DNA from: Bacillota bacterium
Lineage (GTDB): Bacteria > Bacillota > Clostridia > Acetivibrionales > JAMNXU01
Assembly (NCBI GenBank): GCA_023623175.1
Contig: JAMNXU010000022.1
Span: 4,181 to 68,180, forward strand
DNA: 64,000 bases
Direction of reading: 5' to 3'
Shown piece by piece: positions 20,077 through 29,815 of this stretch (position 1 is its first letter; each line of letters opens with the position of its first letter). Both the position numbers and the translations under genes were made by a program. The notes under the pieces are model-generated. The model saw nothing but the letters and a program-made list of their open reading frames with translations, was not told the origin of the DNA and did no database searches.

Positions 20077-21438
20077 ATGGCCAACAGTTTTTCCCAGGTT
20101 ACTCCTGAATTGAAGGAGCTTTCAAAGCTGTTTGAGAGTAACACCAGGATAGACCCTGCGCTTTATGACAAGTATGAAGTAAAACGAGGACTGCGCGATA
20201 TAAGCGGCAAGGGGGTACTGGCAGGGCTCACGCTTATTTCGGAAATAATCTCCACCGAAACTGTCGACGGGGAAGAGCGTCCCTGTGAAGGAAAGCTGTA
20301 TTACAGGGGAATTGACGTGGAAGAAATAGTTGATGGCTTCATAAAGGAAGACCGTTTTGGGTTTGAGGAAACGGCTTTCCTGCTGCTGTTCGGCCGGTTG
20401 CCCAATGCCGGAGAACTGGAGAGGTTTAACAGGATTTTGGCCAATTATCGCACTCTTCCTACAAGTTTTGTTCGCGACATAATCATGAAAGCTCCGAGCA
20501 GAGACATGATGAATACGCTGGCCCGCAGCGTGCTGACCATGTATTCCTATGACGACCATGCCGACGACATTTCGCTGCCCAATGTATTGCGGCAGTCTCT
20601 GCAGCTTTTGGCGCTGTTTCCCCTGCTGTCGGTATACGGCTACCAGGCCTACTGCCATTACCATGACGGGAAAAGCCTGTTCATCCATCCTCCGCGCAAT
20701 GATTTGTCCACCGCGGAAAACATACTGCATATTTTAAGGCCTGACAGCAAATTTACCGCGCTGGAAGCCAAAATACTCGATGTGGCGCTGGTTTTGCACG
20801 CAGAGCATGGCGGCGGCAACAATTCAACCTTTACGACCCACGTGGTTACTTCTTCGGGGACCGACACCTATTCGGCCATAACCGCGGCCCTTTGTTCGCT
20901 CAAGGGTCCGAAACACGGCGGGGCCAACATTAAAGTGGTGCTGATGTTTGAGGATATGAAGGCAAACATAAAGGACTGGTCTGATGAAGAAGCAGTGGCG
21001 GACTATCTTGAGAGACTGCTGGATAAACAGGCATTTGACCGGTCGGGGCTTATATACGGCATGGGTCACGCGGTATATTCGGTTTCCGATCCCAGGGCGA
21101 AAATACTTAAAAGGTTTGTTGAAAGCCTGTCAAAAGAAAAGGGCCGCATGGAGGAATACAAGCTTTACTCCCTGGTTGAAAGGCTCGCGCCGCAGGTAAT
21201 TGCGAAAAAAAGACGAATATACAAGGGCGTCAGCGCCAACGTGGATTTCTACAGCGGCTTTGTATACGATATGCTTAATCTGCCCTTGCAACTTTTCACA
21301 CCGCTCTTTGCCATTGCGCGCATGGCGGGATGGGCTGCCCATCGCATGGAGGAGATTGCAAACGCGGGCAAGATTATCAGGCCCGCCTACAAGGCGATTT
21401 CAGAGCGAAAGGGATACATTCCGCTTAAAAACCGGTGA
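20077..21438 (+). CDS. citrate synthase
   Basis: 453 aa. It carries the citrate synthase signature region HAEHGGGNNSTF and GMGHAVY, and the sequence looks citrate/2-methylcitrate synthase-like over its whole length. Confidence 0.9.
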   Translation: MANSFSQVTPELKELSKLFESNTRIDPALYDKYEVKRGLRDISGKGVLAGLTLISEIISTETVDGEERPCEGKLYYRGIDVEEIVDGFIKEDRFGFEETAFLLLFGRLPNAGELERFNRILANYRTLPTSFVRDIIMKAPSRDMMNTLARSVLTMYSYDDHADDISLPNVLRQSLQLLALFPLLSVYGYQAYCHYHDGKSLFIHPPRNDLSTAENILHILRPDSKFTALEAKILDVALVLHAEHGGGNNSTFTTHVVTSSGTDTYSAITAALCSLKGPKHGGANIKVVLMFEDMKANIKDWSDEEAVADYLERLLDKQAFDRSGLIYGMGHAVYSVSDPRAKILKRFVESLSKEKGRMEEYKLYSLVERLAPQVIAKKRRIYKGVSANVDFYSGFVYDMLNLPLQLFTPLFAIARMAGWAAHRMEEIANAGKIIRPAYKAISERKGYIPLKNR

Positions 21439-21460
21439 TGAGCTGGTTTACATGACCGAA

Positions 21461-21501
21461 AAACAAAAGGCTGCGACGTCAATGACGGGCAGCCTTTGTT
21501 T
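21461..21501. terminator. bidirectional terminator between citrate synthase and the SGNH hydrolase gene
   Basis: AAACAAAAGGCTGC pairs with GCAGCCTTTGTTT (one bulge). The arms are flanked by A and T runs on either side. Confidence 0.65.
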
Positions 21502-21555
21502 CAGCCAATCCGGCTATTTCCGCATTAGATGTATCGAAACGGCTTAAGCAATATC

Positions 21556-22182
21556 CTAAATGCACCGCACGAGTTTTAGCCATTCTCTCGTGATCAGCGC
21601 GTGGCCGGCCTGGGTTGGATGAACACCGTCAGGAGCCCAGAATTCCGGTTCTCTCAGCGTGGAAGCGCTGCTGAAAATACCGTCGAGAGGCAGCAGCAAT
21701 GCATTGAACTCACGTGCCAGATCCCTTACAACATGAATCTTCGGATCAAGATCCTCCCTCCAGGCTCTGCGGTCTTCGGGAACGGGCAGAACGAAAGGTT
21801 CGCACAAAATTATCCTTGCGCTTGTATGCTCTTTGACCTGGTCCAGTATATACCTGTAATCCCTTTCAAATTCTTCGGGGGATGTGGGATCGTTGCGGTC
21901 ATATCTTCTCCAGCAGTCGTTGATTCCTATCAATATGGATACAACTGTGGGATTCAGTTTCAGGCAATCCTCGTCCCACCTGGCCCTCAGGTTTCTTACC
22001 CTGTCGCCGCTGACGCCCCTGTTTATGAATCTGAGGTTCAATTCCGGATATTGGGCAGATAACCATGACGCTATCATCATAGGGTAACCGCGTCCGAGAT
22101 CATTGAGGTTCTCGCGGCTTCTGCCGCAGTCTGTTATACTGTCTCCCTGGAACAGAATTACATCATTTTGCTTGATCAGCAT
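21556..22182 (-). CDS. SGNH/GDSL family hydrolase
   Basis: Block I is FQGDSITD and the C-terminal catalytic block is DGVHP. The start at 22182 (MLIKQND) has an AGGAGG RBS. The ORF track extends to 22290. Confidence 0.8.
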   Translation of the reverse strand: MLIKQNDVILFQGDSITDCGRSRENLNDLGRGYPMMIASWLSAQYPELNLRFINRGVSGDRVRNLRARWDEDCLKLNPTVVSILIGINDCWRRYDRNDPTSPEEFERDYRYILDQVKEHTSARIILCEPFVLPVPEDRRAWREDLDPKIHVVRDLAREFNALLLPLDGIFSSASTLREPEFWAPDGVHPTQAGHALITREWLKLVRCI

Positions 22183-22308
22183 AAGTTTGGCCTCCTGTAA
22201 ACAGAATTTGGTTTCAAGTTTGTCTTTCAGTGAATGAATTAATATGCTGCAAGTATATTGCAATATTTTAACTGCATATATCAGCTGCATATTTTAATTT
22301 TATACCTT

Positions 22309-22377
22309 AATTCAATATCAATACCAAACATAATTCAATATCAATACTAAACATAATCCAATATCAATATTAAACGT
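22309..22377. repeat. three tandem 23-bp AT-rich repeats
   Basis: AATTCAATATCAATACCAAACAT occurs at 22309-22331, 22332-22354 and 22355-22377, with 1 to 4 substitutions between copies. Confidence 0.85.
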
Positions 22378-22465
22378 ATTAATACCGAACCGAAGATTTA
22401 TTTTCACAAACCGAAAATTCCATTTAACATTCCTAAAGGCTCTGCACACAAAAGACGATGCCGTT

Positions 22466-23911
22466 TCAACCCAGTAGGACCACTGGTACCAGGAGAGGTA
22501 CGGAGCGGCCGGGGCTGCTTATTTCAAGGATGATGTTGTTTACAGCGTCGACCTGTTCACCGGCCTTGATGGTTATTTCCGCAGTTTCACTTCCGCTGCC
22601 CGGGCCATGCCATTTCACGAACAGGTTGGTTCTTCCAACGGCTTCAAAGCCCCGGGGCAGGATCCAGCGAAGCGTATACCGCCGGTAATCGCCGCAGTTG
22701 CAATTTTTAAGGGTAACCTTCAGCCTGATTTCGCCGAGCGGTTCTATTACAGGTTCGCCATCAAATTCGATCAATGCGCTCACGTAAGTGTTTTCAGCAG
22801 TGAAGGAATAGCGGGACCGGCCTTTGAAGCTTTCGACAAATTCCCGTCCCATAAACATGCGGGGATTGAAATCGTCCAGTTCATCGGGCCCGTCGGTTAT
22901 TTCCACCTTATTTCTGCAGGGATTGAGACCCTGGTAAGTGGTAACCGGCAGCAGGTTCATCACGCAATCGGTTAATTCAGTGCAGGAACGGGGGAAATAA
23001 GCGCTTCCCTGTATAACTGCTATGGTTATGATATTATCGCCTATGTAAGCACGCCAATCGGCGGGAATGATCTTTGTTCCGTGCATTATCCCAAGCAGCG
23101 CGCCCACGGTGGCGCCGGTGCAATCGGTGTCATCGCCGCAGTTGATTGCAAGAATCAGCGATTTTTTGAAATCCCCTTCGCCGTATTTAAGCCCGATTAT
23201 CACAAAAGCCACGTTTGCAGGCGCCTGGAACCAGCCGAGGTCAGAACTGTCTTCCACAACCCTGTTCCGGGCTGTGACCCAGTCCAGGCCGTTTTTGTAA
23301 CAGTCCAGGACAATTTTAACGCTGCGCGCAACGCGGCAGTTTTCAGGTATTTTCGACAGGCCTATTTCAATCAGCGTGTCTATGTCATTTACAACGAACG
23401 CGGCGCTTTGCATTGCTGCTATGAAAATGGCTGCGTAGGTGCCTTCGCCAAAACCATGGTCAACGCAGGCGTCCTCAAACGCCAGGCGGATAGCCTTCTC
23501 AGGCATGGCAGGATGGGTGCATGCCCAGATTTCTGTACGAATCCATGCGCCATTGGAGTGCTTCCACTCCTCGTTATTCAGCTCGCCGGACATAGGCGGC
23601 ACAATTCCCATGCGCAGGTTGGCCTTGCACACTCCATATTCGTTCCACGGCGGGCCGATGTAACTGAGCCAGTATTCACCGAGCACTTTTGAGTTAATGC
23701 CCGCGGGTCCGACCTCGCTCAGCGCCTTGAGCCATACAAGCTGGAGGTCGAGGTCATCGTTGGGAAGGGGAGCTCCCGGTTCCGAGGCAAATCCGCTTAT
23801 GTCAAGCAGTTCCCGTTTACCTTCATGGGGAGTGCCCATTGTTCCGCCGATATTCTTACCGAGCCAGCATGCATATATTTTATCGCGGAGTGCGTCCCTG
23901 TTCAGTTTCAT
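22466..23911 (-). CDS. ADP-ribosylglycohydrolase family protein with C-terminal beta-rich extension
   Basis: It has the ARH motifs GKNIGGTMGTPHEG and CGDDTDCTGATVGALLG. The start at 23911 has a GGAAAGGAGA RBS. The ORF track extends to 23941. Confidence 0.8.
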   Translation of the reverse strand: MKLNRDALRDKIYACWLGKNIGGTMGTPHEGKRELLDISGFASEPGAPLPNDDLDLQLVWLKALSEVGPAGINSKVLGEYWLSYIGPPWNEYGVCKANLRMGIVPPMSGELNNEEWKHSNGAWIRTEIWACTHPAMPEKAIRLAFEDACVDHGFGEGTYAAIFIAAMQSAAFVVNDIDTLIEIGLSKIPENCRVARSVKIVLDCYKNGLDWVTARNRVVEDSSDLGWFQAPANVAFVIIGLKYGEGDFKKSLILAINCGDDTDCTGATVGALLGIMHGTKIIPADWRAYIGDNIITIAVIQGSAYFPRSCTELTDCVMNLLPVTTYQGLNPCRNKVEITDGPDELDDFNPRMFMGREFVESFKGRSRYSFTAENTYVSALIEFDGEPVIEPLGEIRLKVTLKNCNCGDYRRYTLRWILPRGFEAVGRTNLFVKWHGPGSGSETAEITIKAGEQVDAVNNIILEISSPGRSVPLLVPVVLLG

Positions 23912-24153
23912 TTTTCGTCTCCTTTCCGCCTTTTCAGGCATTTCCTTCCTTCCAGATATTATTGTAGCACTGTTGGCGCTATTTTCAATTAACCCGGCAC
24001 AATTTACATAGATTATATCTATGGCAAATCATAATAAGTAAATATTACACTGTAAACGAATTATTGTGTTATCATCTCGGTAAAACAGCATTACCCGGTG
24101 TCGGCCATGGTCACTTAAAATCGGGGATTAATCGGGAAGGAGACTGTTGCTAG

Positions 24154-25017
24154 ATGAAAGTTGCCGATATATTCAGATCAAAAAGGGTGATATCGTTCGA
24201 AATATATCCTCCGAAACGGGTTGATTCTGAATCCGAAATAAACTGTATAGCTGAAAACCTTAAAAAATTCTCTCCTGATTTTATAAGCGTGACCTGCGGC
24301 GCGGGAGGCAAAGGCGACGGCAATAAAACGATTGAAATAGCCTCGGCAATAAAACACGTCCATGGCATTGAAAGCGTCGTTCACCTTCCCGGCGCCAACC
24401 TGGCAAAACGGGATGTCCTGGGAATTCTCGGCGAATTGAGGGATCACGGGATTGAAAATATAATGGCGCTGAGGGGCGATATTGATCCCGGCAACCCGCC
24501 GAAGGGAGAATTCAGGTATGCAAGCGAACTGATCTCATTCATAAAGGGAAACGGCGATTTCAATATACTGGCGGGCTGTTATCCCGAAGGACATGTGGAG
24601 AGCGCGTCAATTATTGAGGATATCCGCAATTTAAAAATTAAGGTTGATGCCGGAGTGGACCAGCTTGTAACGCAACTGTTTTTTGATAACGAGTATTTTT
24701 ATTCATTTCGTGAGAGAGCCGCCATAGCCGGTATCAATGTTCCGATTGCGGCGGGAATCATGCCCGTTGTTAACAAGAAGCAGGTGGAACGCATAGTCAG
24801 GCTCTGCGGAGTGAGCCTGCCGAAAAAATACCTTTCCATACTGGACAGGTACGGCGACAATCCCGTGGCTATGAGGGACGCCGGGATTGCCTATGCCGTT
24901 GACCAGATCGTGGATTTGATTGCCCACGGGGTCGACGGGATACACCTGTATATTCTCAACAATACTTATGTTGCTTCAAGGATCTGTGAGGCGATAGATT
25001 CGTTGCTTGCTGCATGA
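24154..25017 (+). CDS. metF: methylenetetrahydrofolate reductase
   Basis: 287 aa with SFEIYPPK, ITCGAGG and ALRGD motifs. A GGAAGGAGA RBS precedes the start. Confidence 0.9.
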   Translation: MKVADIFRSKRVISFEIYPPKRVDSESEINCIAENLKKFSPDFISVTCGAGGKGDGNKTIEIASAIKHVHGIESVVHLPGANLAKRDVLGILGELRDHGIENIMALRGDIDPGNPPKGEFRYASELISFIKGNGDFNILAGCYPEGHVESASIIEDIRNLKIKVDAGVDQLVTQLFFDNEYFYSFRERAAIAGINVPIAAGIMPVVNKKQVERIVRLCGVSLPKKYLSILDRYGDNPVAMRDAGIAYAVDQIVDLIAHGVDGIHLYILNNTYVASRICEAIDSLLAA

Positions 25018-25078
25018 TGGATATATTTGCCGGCTTGTGGCATAAAGCGTCTGGATGCGAATGTTGTTTGCCTGGATG

Positions 25079-25999
25079 CTATTTCACTTCAAAGCCATAG
25101 TTTGAAATAACCTTTTTCAGTTTTGAAATGTACTCTAGGGCCACGGAACTCAGGCGCGCCTTCTCGTTCGCAATCCACCCTATCCTCATTTTTTCGTCGG
25201 TTTTGAGGGGCACCGAAATTATGTTGTCTCCGTTGAGATCGCTGCTCAGGACGCCGGAACAGATGGTGTAGCCGTTAAGCCCGATCAGGAGGTTGAAGAG
25301 CGTGGCGCGGTCGCTGACATATATGGTTTTTTTCCTCGGGAAGGTGCTCAGGATTTCCTCGGCAAAATAAAATGAATTGTATACGCCCTGTTCAAAAGCC
25401 AGGAACGGGTAGTCTTCCAAATCCTCGAGGGTTACATAGTCCCTGTGGGCAAGGGGATGCCTTGAGCTGATAAAAATATGGGGATCGGCTTCAAAAAGCA
25501 GGTGGAATGTCAGGTGGTTCTCCCTGAGCAGCTTGTTTATGACCTTTTCATTGAAATTGCTGAGGTAAATAATCCCGATTTCACTGCGCAAATTTTTAAC
25601 GTCTTCGATAATTTCATATGTCCTTGTTTCGCGCAGCGTGAACTCATACTCGTCCACGTTCAGGTCAAAAAGCAGTTCAACAAAGGCATTTACGGCAAAC
25701 GCATAATGCTGGGTGGAAATCGAGCAAAGCTTTTTTGACGGTTTTCTGCCCGTGTAATGCTGTTCCATCAGTTCCGCCTGCTCAATAACCTGCCGCGCAT
25801 AGGAAAGAAATTCCATGCCGTCGGTGGTCAGCGAAATTCCCTTGTTTGTGCGGTTGAAGATTTCTATGCCGAACTCTTCTTCCAGCTCCCTGACAGCGCT
25901 TGACAAACTGGGCTGCGTTATGAACAGCTGTTTTGCAGCTTCGGAGATGGAACCACATTCAACAATCTTAATGATATATTTTAACTGTTGCAGTGTCAT
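25079..25999 (-). CDS. LysR family transcriptional regulator
   Basis: The N-terminal HTH reads MTLQQLKYIIKIVECGSISEAAKQLFITQPSLSSAVRELE, followed by a LysR substrate-binding domain. The ORF track starts at 26026. Confidence 0.85.
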   Translation of the reverse strand: MTLQQLKYIIKIVECGSISEAAKQLFITQPSLSSAVRELEEEFGIEIFNRTNKGISLTTDGMEFLSYARQVIEQAELMEQHYTGRKPSKKLCSISTQHYAFAVNAFVELLFDLNVDEYEFTLRETRTYEIIEDVKNLRSEIGIIYLSNFNEKVINKLLRENHLTFHLLFEADPHIFISSRHPLAHRDYVTLEDLEDYPFLAFEQGVYNSFYFAEEILSTFPRKKTIYVSDRATLFNLLIGLNGYTICSGVLSSDLNGDNIISVPLKTDEKMRIGWIANEKARLSSVALEYISKLKKVISNYGFEVK

Positions 26000-26112
26000 A
26001 TCATCGCCCCGCCATGTTTTTTCCATTGATTATACAACACAAACCGGGCATATTCAATAAAAAAAGTTAATTTTTGTGCATATAACATGTAAAAGTGTTC
26101 CTTTATATTCAT

Positions 26113-26171
26113 TATGAGTTTTTGAGAACTGTCCCCGATTTTTATAAGTTTTTGAGAACCGTCCCCGATTT
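26113..26171. repeat. two direct 29-bp repeats carrying a variant of the dispersed-repeat core (GAGAACNGTCCCCGATTT)
   Basis: TATGAGTTTTTGAGAACTGTCCCCGATTT lies at 26113-26141 and TATAAGTTTTTGAGAACCGTCCCCGATTT at 26143-26171. Confidence 0.85.
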
Positions 26172-26198
26172 GACATAATACAATATTTTTTTTAGAAT
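26170..26198 (+). promoter_or_regulatory. sigma-A type promoter (TTGACA-17-TAGAAT) for the L25/Ctc gene
   Basis: TTGACA lies at 26170-26175, followed by a 17-nt spacer and TAGAAT at 26193-26198. The -35 element overlaps the end of the second direct repeat. Confidence 0.5.
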
Positions 26199-26258
26199 AT
26201 TATTAGTGCTCAATGGTAGTGAGTGCTAATAAAACAAATTAAAGGGAGGGATTATTAC

Positions 26259-26852
26259 ATGGTTGCCGTGTTGAATGCAATGGAAAGGAAGGAGAGCTCA
26301 AAGAAGGCCAGGAAAAAAGGCTTTGTTACCTGCAATGTTTATGGTCCGGGCGTTGAGCGCAATATGGATCTCCAGATCGACAACAGGGAAGTAAACAAGT
26401 TTTTGAAGGGCCATTCCGTGGGAGCGAAAACAAAGCTGAAAGTCAATGGCAACGAGCTTCTTTGCATTGTTAAGGAAATACAGTACGGGCCGGTAAACAG
26501 GAATCCCTTACATATCGACTTTTACACTTCGTCCCAGGACGAAGTCGTCAGGATCAGGGTTCCCTTGCTGTACAAGGAAAGGGAACAGCTTGCAAGGGAA
26601 AATCTTGTGCTGAACATCCTCGAGGATGAAATTGAAATCCAGGGAACTTTGGGTGTTTTGCCCGAATTCATTGAAATAAATGTTTCAAAGATGAAAGAGA
26701 AAAGCACCATTACAGTGGGGGATATAAATTTGCCTGAAGGCGTCAGGGTTTTGTCCGACAGGGATGAAGTGGTGGCCCGTATAGTGAGAGCAGGTGCTGA
26801 ATCCGATGAAACTGAATCCGGGGAAGAGACCGAACCCGGGGAGGAAGAATAA
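26259..26852 (+). CDS. rplY: 50S ribosomal protein L25 / general stress protein Ctc
   Basis: The start at 26259 has an AAAGGGAGGG RBS. It has an L25 N-terminal domain (RKKGFVTCNVYG, PLHIDF), a Ctc-type C-terminal domain and an acidic tail. Confidence 0.8.
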   Translation: MVAVLNAMERKESSKKARKKGFVTCNVYGPGVERNMDLQIDNREVNKFLKGHSVGAKTKLKVNGNELLCIVKEIQYGPVNRNPLHIDFYTSSQDEVVRIRVPLLYKEREQLARENLVLNILEDEIEIQGTLGVLPEFIEINVSKMKEKSTITVGDINLPEGVRVLSDRDEVVARIVRAGAESDETESGEETEPGEEE

Positions 26853-27073
26853 GGTTGACGCTTTTCCAGGAGCTGAAATATTGAAATGTACGAAGCGGGG
26901 GTTTCCTGCAGTGTGCTGTTGGTATAAAGAAAAAGGTCCGCGCATATTTTGCAGGGGGCCCCTTTTTTTAGGCGTTTTTAAGTGGTTTTCCATGGACAAA
27001 AAGGTGTATAATACAATCAGGTAAGCAATAAGTTGATAGTATGGTGGGAGATTGAGTGAGGGGAACAGACATT

Positions 27074-27898
27074 ATGTACATTCTTGTTTCCTTGGATTCC
27101 AATTATATCAGGCCGCTTAAGGTTATGTTGAAATCGCTTTTTCTCAATAATCCCGGCGAAAAATTCGTTATTTACCTGATGCATTCGAGCATAACGGACG
27201 AAGAACTCGATGACCTGGGACGGTATGTCGGCGACCACGGCCACAGGCTCGAAATAATAACAATTGATGAAAAGTGTTTTTCCAATGCGCCGGTCATTCT
27301 CTACTATACCAGGGAAATGTACTATCGCCTGCTCGCTCACAAGTTTTTGCCCAATGACCTTGACCGGATATTGTATCTCGATCCCGATATACTTGTTATC
27401 AACCCCATAAGAAAATTGTATGACATGGATATTGACGGCTATTTGTATGCGGCCGCCTACCACAAGATTCCTTCGATAAAGGGTATAAACAAGATCAGGT
27501 TGAATCCATACGATATAGAGGCATATTACAATTCCGGGGTCCTCCTGATGAATCTTGATCTCCACAGGAAATGTATCAGGGAAAAAGACATATTTGATTT
27601 TATAGAAAAAAACCGGCTTAAACTGATAATGCCGGACCAGGATGTGCTGAACGCTTTATATTCCAAAAAGATAAAGAGTATAGATGAGAAATATTTCAAC
27701 TACGATGCAAGGTACTATAATTATTATAAATTAACAAGCCATAATGTATGGGACATGGATCATGTCATAAGAAACACCGTTATCCTGCATTTCTGCGGAA
27801 AGAAGAAGCCGTGGAAGAAGAGCTACAGCGGCAAGTTCCACGCGCTGTACAAGCACTATGAAAAGCTCGCATTTCCGAATGCAGAAACGCAAGCCTGA
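27074..27898 (+). CDS. glycosyltransferase family 8 (GspA-like)
   Basis: It has GT8 motifs: YLDPDILV (DxD), YYNSGVLLMNL, and a PDQDVLN...HFCGKKKPW tail. Confidence 0.8.
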   Translation: MYILVSLDSNYIRPLKVMLKSLFLNNPGEKFVIYLMHSSITDEELDDLGRYVGDHGHRLEIITIDEKCFSNAPVILYYTREMYYRLLAHKFLPNDLDRILYLDPDILVINPIRKLYDMDIDGYLYAAAYHKIPSIKGINKIRLNPYDIEAYYNSGVLLMNLDLHRKCIREKDIFDFIEKNRLKLIMPDQDVLNALYSKKIKSIDEKYFNYDARYYNYYKLTSHNVWDMDHVIRNTVILHFCGKKKPWKKSYSGKFHALYKHYEKLAFPNAETQA

Positions 27899-28089
27899 CT
27901 CAATTATTCGAAAGATTTTTCCAACCCAGAAACAGCCAGTTTTTGCCATGGCTGAATCCCGTGTTTACGCCCCGGGTTACAGTGGTAGATTAATTTTTGT
28001 TGCGGTCAGACATGGTGTGTCCAACCATGCAGAAGTTCATGCAAAAATCAGGTACGAAAGAATGAGACTTTAGAAGGAGGCAAATACAA

Positions 28090-29736
28090 ATGAGCATGTT
28101 TTGTTTTCAATGCCAGGAGACAGCCAAAGGCACCGGCTGCACGGTAAGGGGCGTATGCGGCAAAACCGATGATGTGGCGAAGCTCCAGGATTTGCTGATT
28201 TATGTGTTGAAAGGAATATCCATTTACAGCACAAGGGCCAGGAGCAAGGGGCTGAAATTTGACAATGTTGACAGATTCATTATTGAAGGACTTTTTTCAA
28301 CAATAACAAATGTCAATTTCGACAGGGAATATTTCGTAAAGAAGATCAGGGAAGCGCTTGCGCTCAGGGGGGAACTCAAGGACCTGCTTCTGAAGGAAGG
28401 AATTGAAATGGACGAGAACCTCCATGACGCAGCCGTATGGTATGGGGAAAGAGAGGAAGAACTCGAGCGCAAGGCGGAAAGCGTAGGAATTCTGAGTACC
28501 CGGAACGAGGACATACGCTCCCTGAGGGAATTGATTACATGCGGACTCAAGGGAATGGCGGCTTATGCCGAGCATGCAGCTATCCTCGGGTATACCAGCG
28601 ACGAAGTTTTCGCTTTCATGCAGAAGGCCCTGGCGGATACGCTTGACGATGAGCTCACGGCGGAGGACCTGACCGCGCTGGTCATGGAGACGGGCAGGTA
28701 CGGTGTTGAAGTAATGGCACTCCTGGACAGGGCAAACACGTCAACATACGGCAATCCCGAAGTTACGAGGGTTAATATAGGGGTAAGAAATAACCCGGGT
28801 ATTCTGGTCAGCGGACATGACCTCAGGGACATTGAAGAGCTCCTGAAACAGACGGAAGGTACGGGAGTAGACGTATATACCCACGGAGAAATGCTTCCCG
28901 CCAACTATTATCCGGCTTTCAAGAAGTATGAACATTTCGTGGGCAATTACGGAAACGCATGGTGGAAACAGGACAAGGAGTTTGAGAGTTTCAACGGACC
29001 GATCCTGATGACCACCAATTGCCTGATCCCTCCAAAAGATTCGTACAGGGACAGGGTTTATACGACCGGAGTAGTGGGATTCCCGGGAGTTAAACACATA
29101 CATGGCAGGGAAAACGGCAAGCCGAAGGATTTTTCAGAAATTATAGAACATGCGAAGAGGTGCGAACCTCCGCAGGAAATTGAAAAAGGCGAGATCGTGG
29201 GAGGATTTGCCCACAGTACGGTGGAAAGCCTTGCTGACAAAATTGTGGCGGCCGTCAGGGAAGGCAAGATCAGGAAGTTCTTTGTCATGGCTGGCTGCGA
29301 CGGAAGGATGAAGAGCAGGGAATATTATACCGAGTTTGCAAAAAAACTGCCCGCAGATACGGTGATACTGACGGCCGGGTGCGCCAAGTACCGTTACAAC
29401 AAGCTGAACCTCGGAGACATCGATGGAATACCGAGAGTCCTTGACGCAGGGCAGTGCAACGATTCTTATTCCCTTGCAGTAACAGCGCTTAAACTCAAGG
29501 ATGTATTCGGCCTCGACGATGTCAACAGGCTGCCAATAGTCTACAACATCGCGTGGTATGAGCAAAAAGCCGTGATTGTTCTTCTCGCGCTGTTGTACCT
29601 TGGCGTAAAGAACATTCATCTCGGGCCGACACTGCCGGCATTCCTCTCGCCGAATGTCGCGAAGGTGCTGGTTGATAAATTCGGCATAGGCGGAATAACA
29701 AACGTGGACGATGATATAAAAATGTTTATGGCGTAA
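28090..29736 (+). CDS. hcp: hydroxylamine reductase / hybrid-cluster protein
   Basis: 548 aa. The N-terminal cysteine motif is MFCFQCQET...[10 protein letters not shown], and the sequence looks Hcp-like over its whole length. An AGAAGGAGG RBS precedes the start. Confidence 0.95.
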   Translation: MSMFCFQCQETAKGTGCTVRGVCGKTDDVAKLQDLLIYVLKGISIYSTRARSKGLKFDNVDRFIIEGLFSTITNVNFDREYFVKKIREALALRGELKDLLLKEGIEMDENLHDAAVWYGEREEELERKAESVGILSTRNEDIRSLRELITCGLKGMAAYAEHAAILGYTSDEVFAFMQKALADTLDDELTAEDLTALVMETGRYGVEVMALLDRANTSTYGNPEVTRVNIGVRNNPGILVSGHDLRDIEELLKQTEGTGVDVYTHGEMLPANYYPAFKKYEHFVGNYGNAWWKQDKEFESFNGPILMTTNCLIPPKDSYRDRVYTTGVVGFPGVKHIHGRENGKPKDFSEIIEHAKRCEPPQEIEKGEIVGGFAHSTVESLADKIVAAVREGKIRKFFVMAGCDGRMKSREYYTEFAKKLPADTVILTAGCAKYRYNKLNLGDIDGIPRVLDAGQCNDSYSLAVTALKLKDVFGLDDVNRLPIVYNIAWYEQKAVIVLLALLYLGVKNIHLGPTLPAFLSPNVAKVLVDKFGIGGITNVDDDIKMFMA

Positions 29737-29752
29737 ATAAAGAAATATATGG

Positions 29753-29785
29753 CATGGTACCTTGGTTTTAAGGTACCATGTTATA
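29753..29785 (+). terminator. hairpin after hcp
   Basis: CATGGTACCTT pairs with AAGGTACCATG as a perfect 11-bp stem around a 6-nt loop. The tail is T-rich but mixed. Confidence 0.55.
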
Positions 29786-29815
29786 TATGAGAACTTTACC
29801 GGGAGGTAAACCGCC

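Noticed and set aside
24012-24153. SAM (S-box) riboswitch or T-box upstream of metF
   Set aside because: No S-box core elements or T-box specifier and antiterminator sequence are visible in the 140-nt leader.
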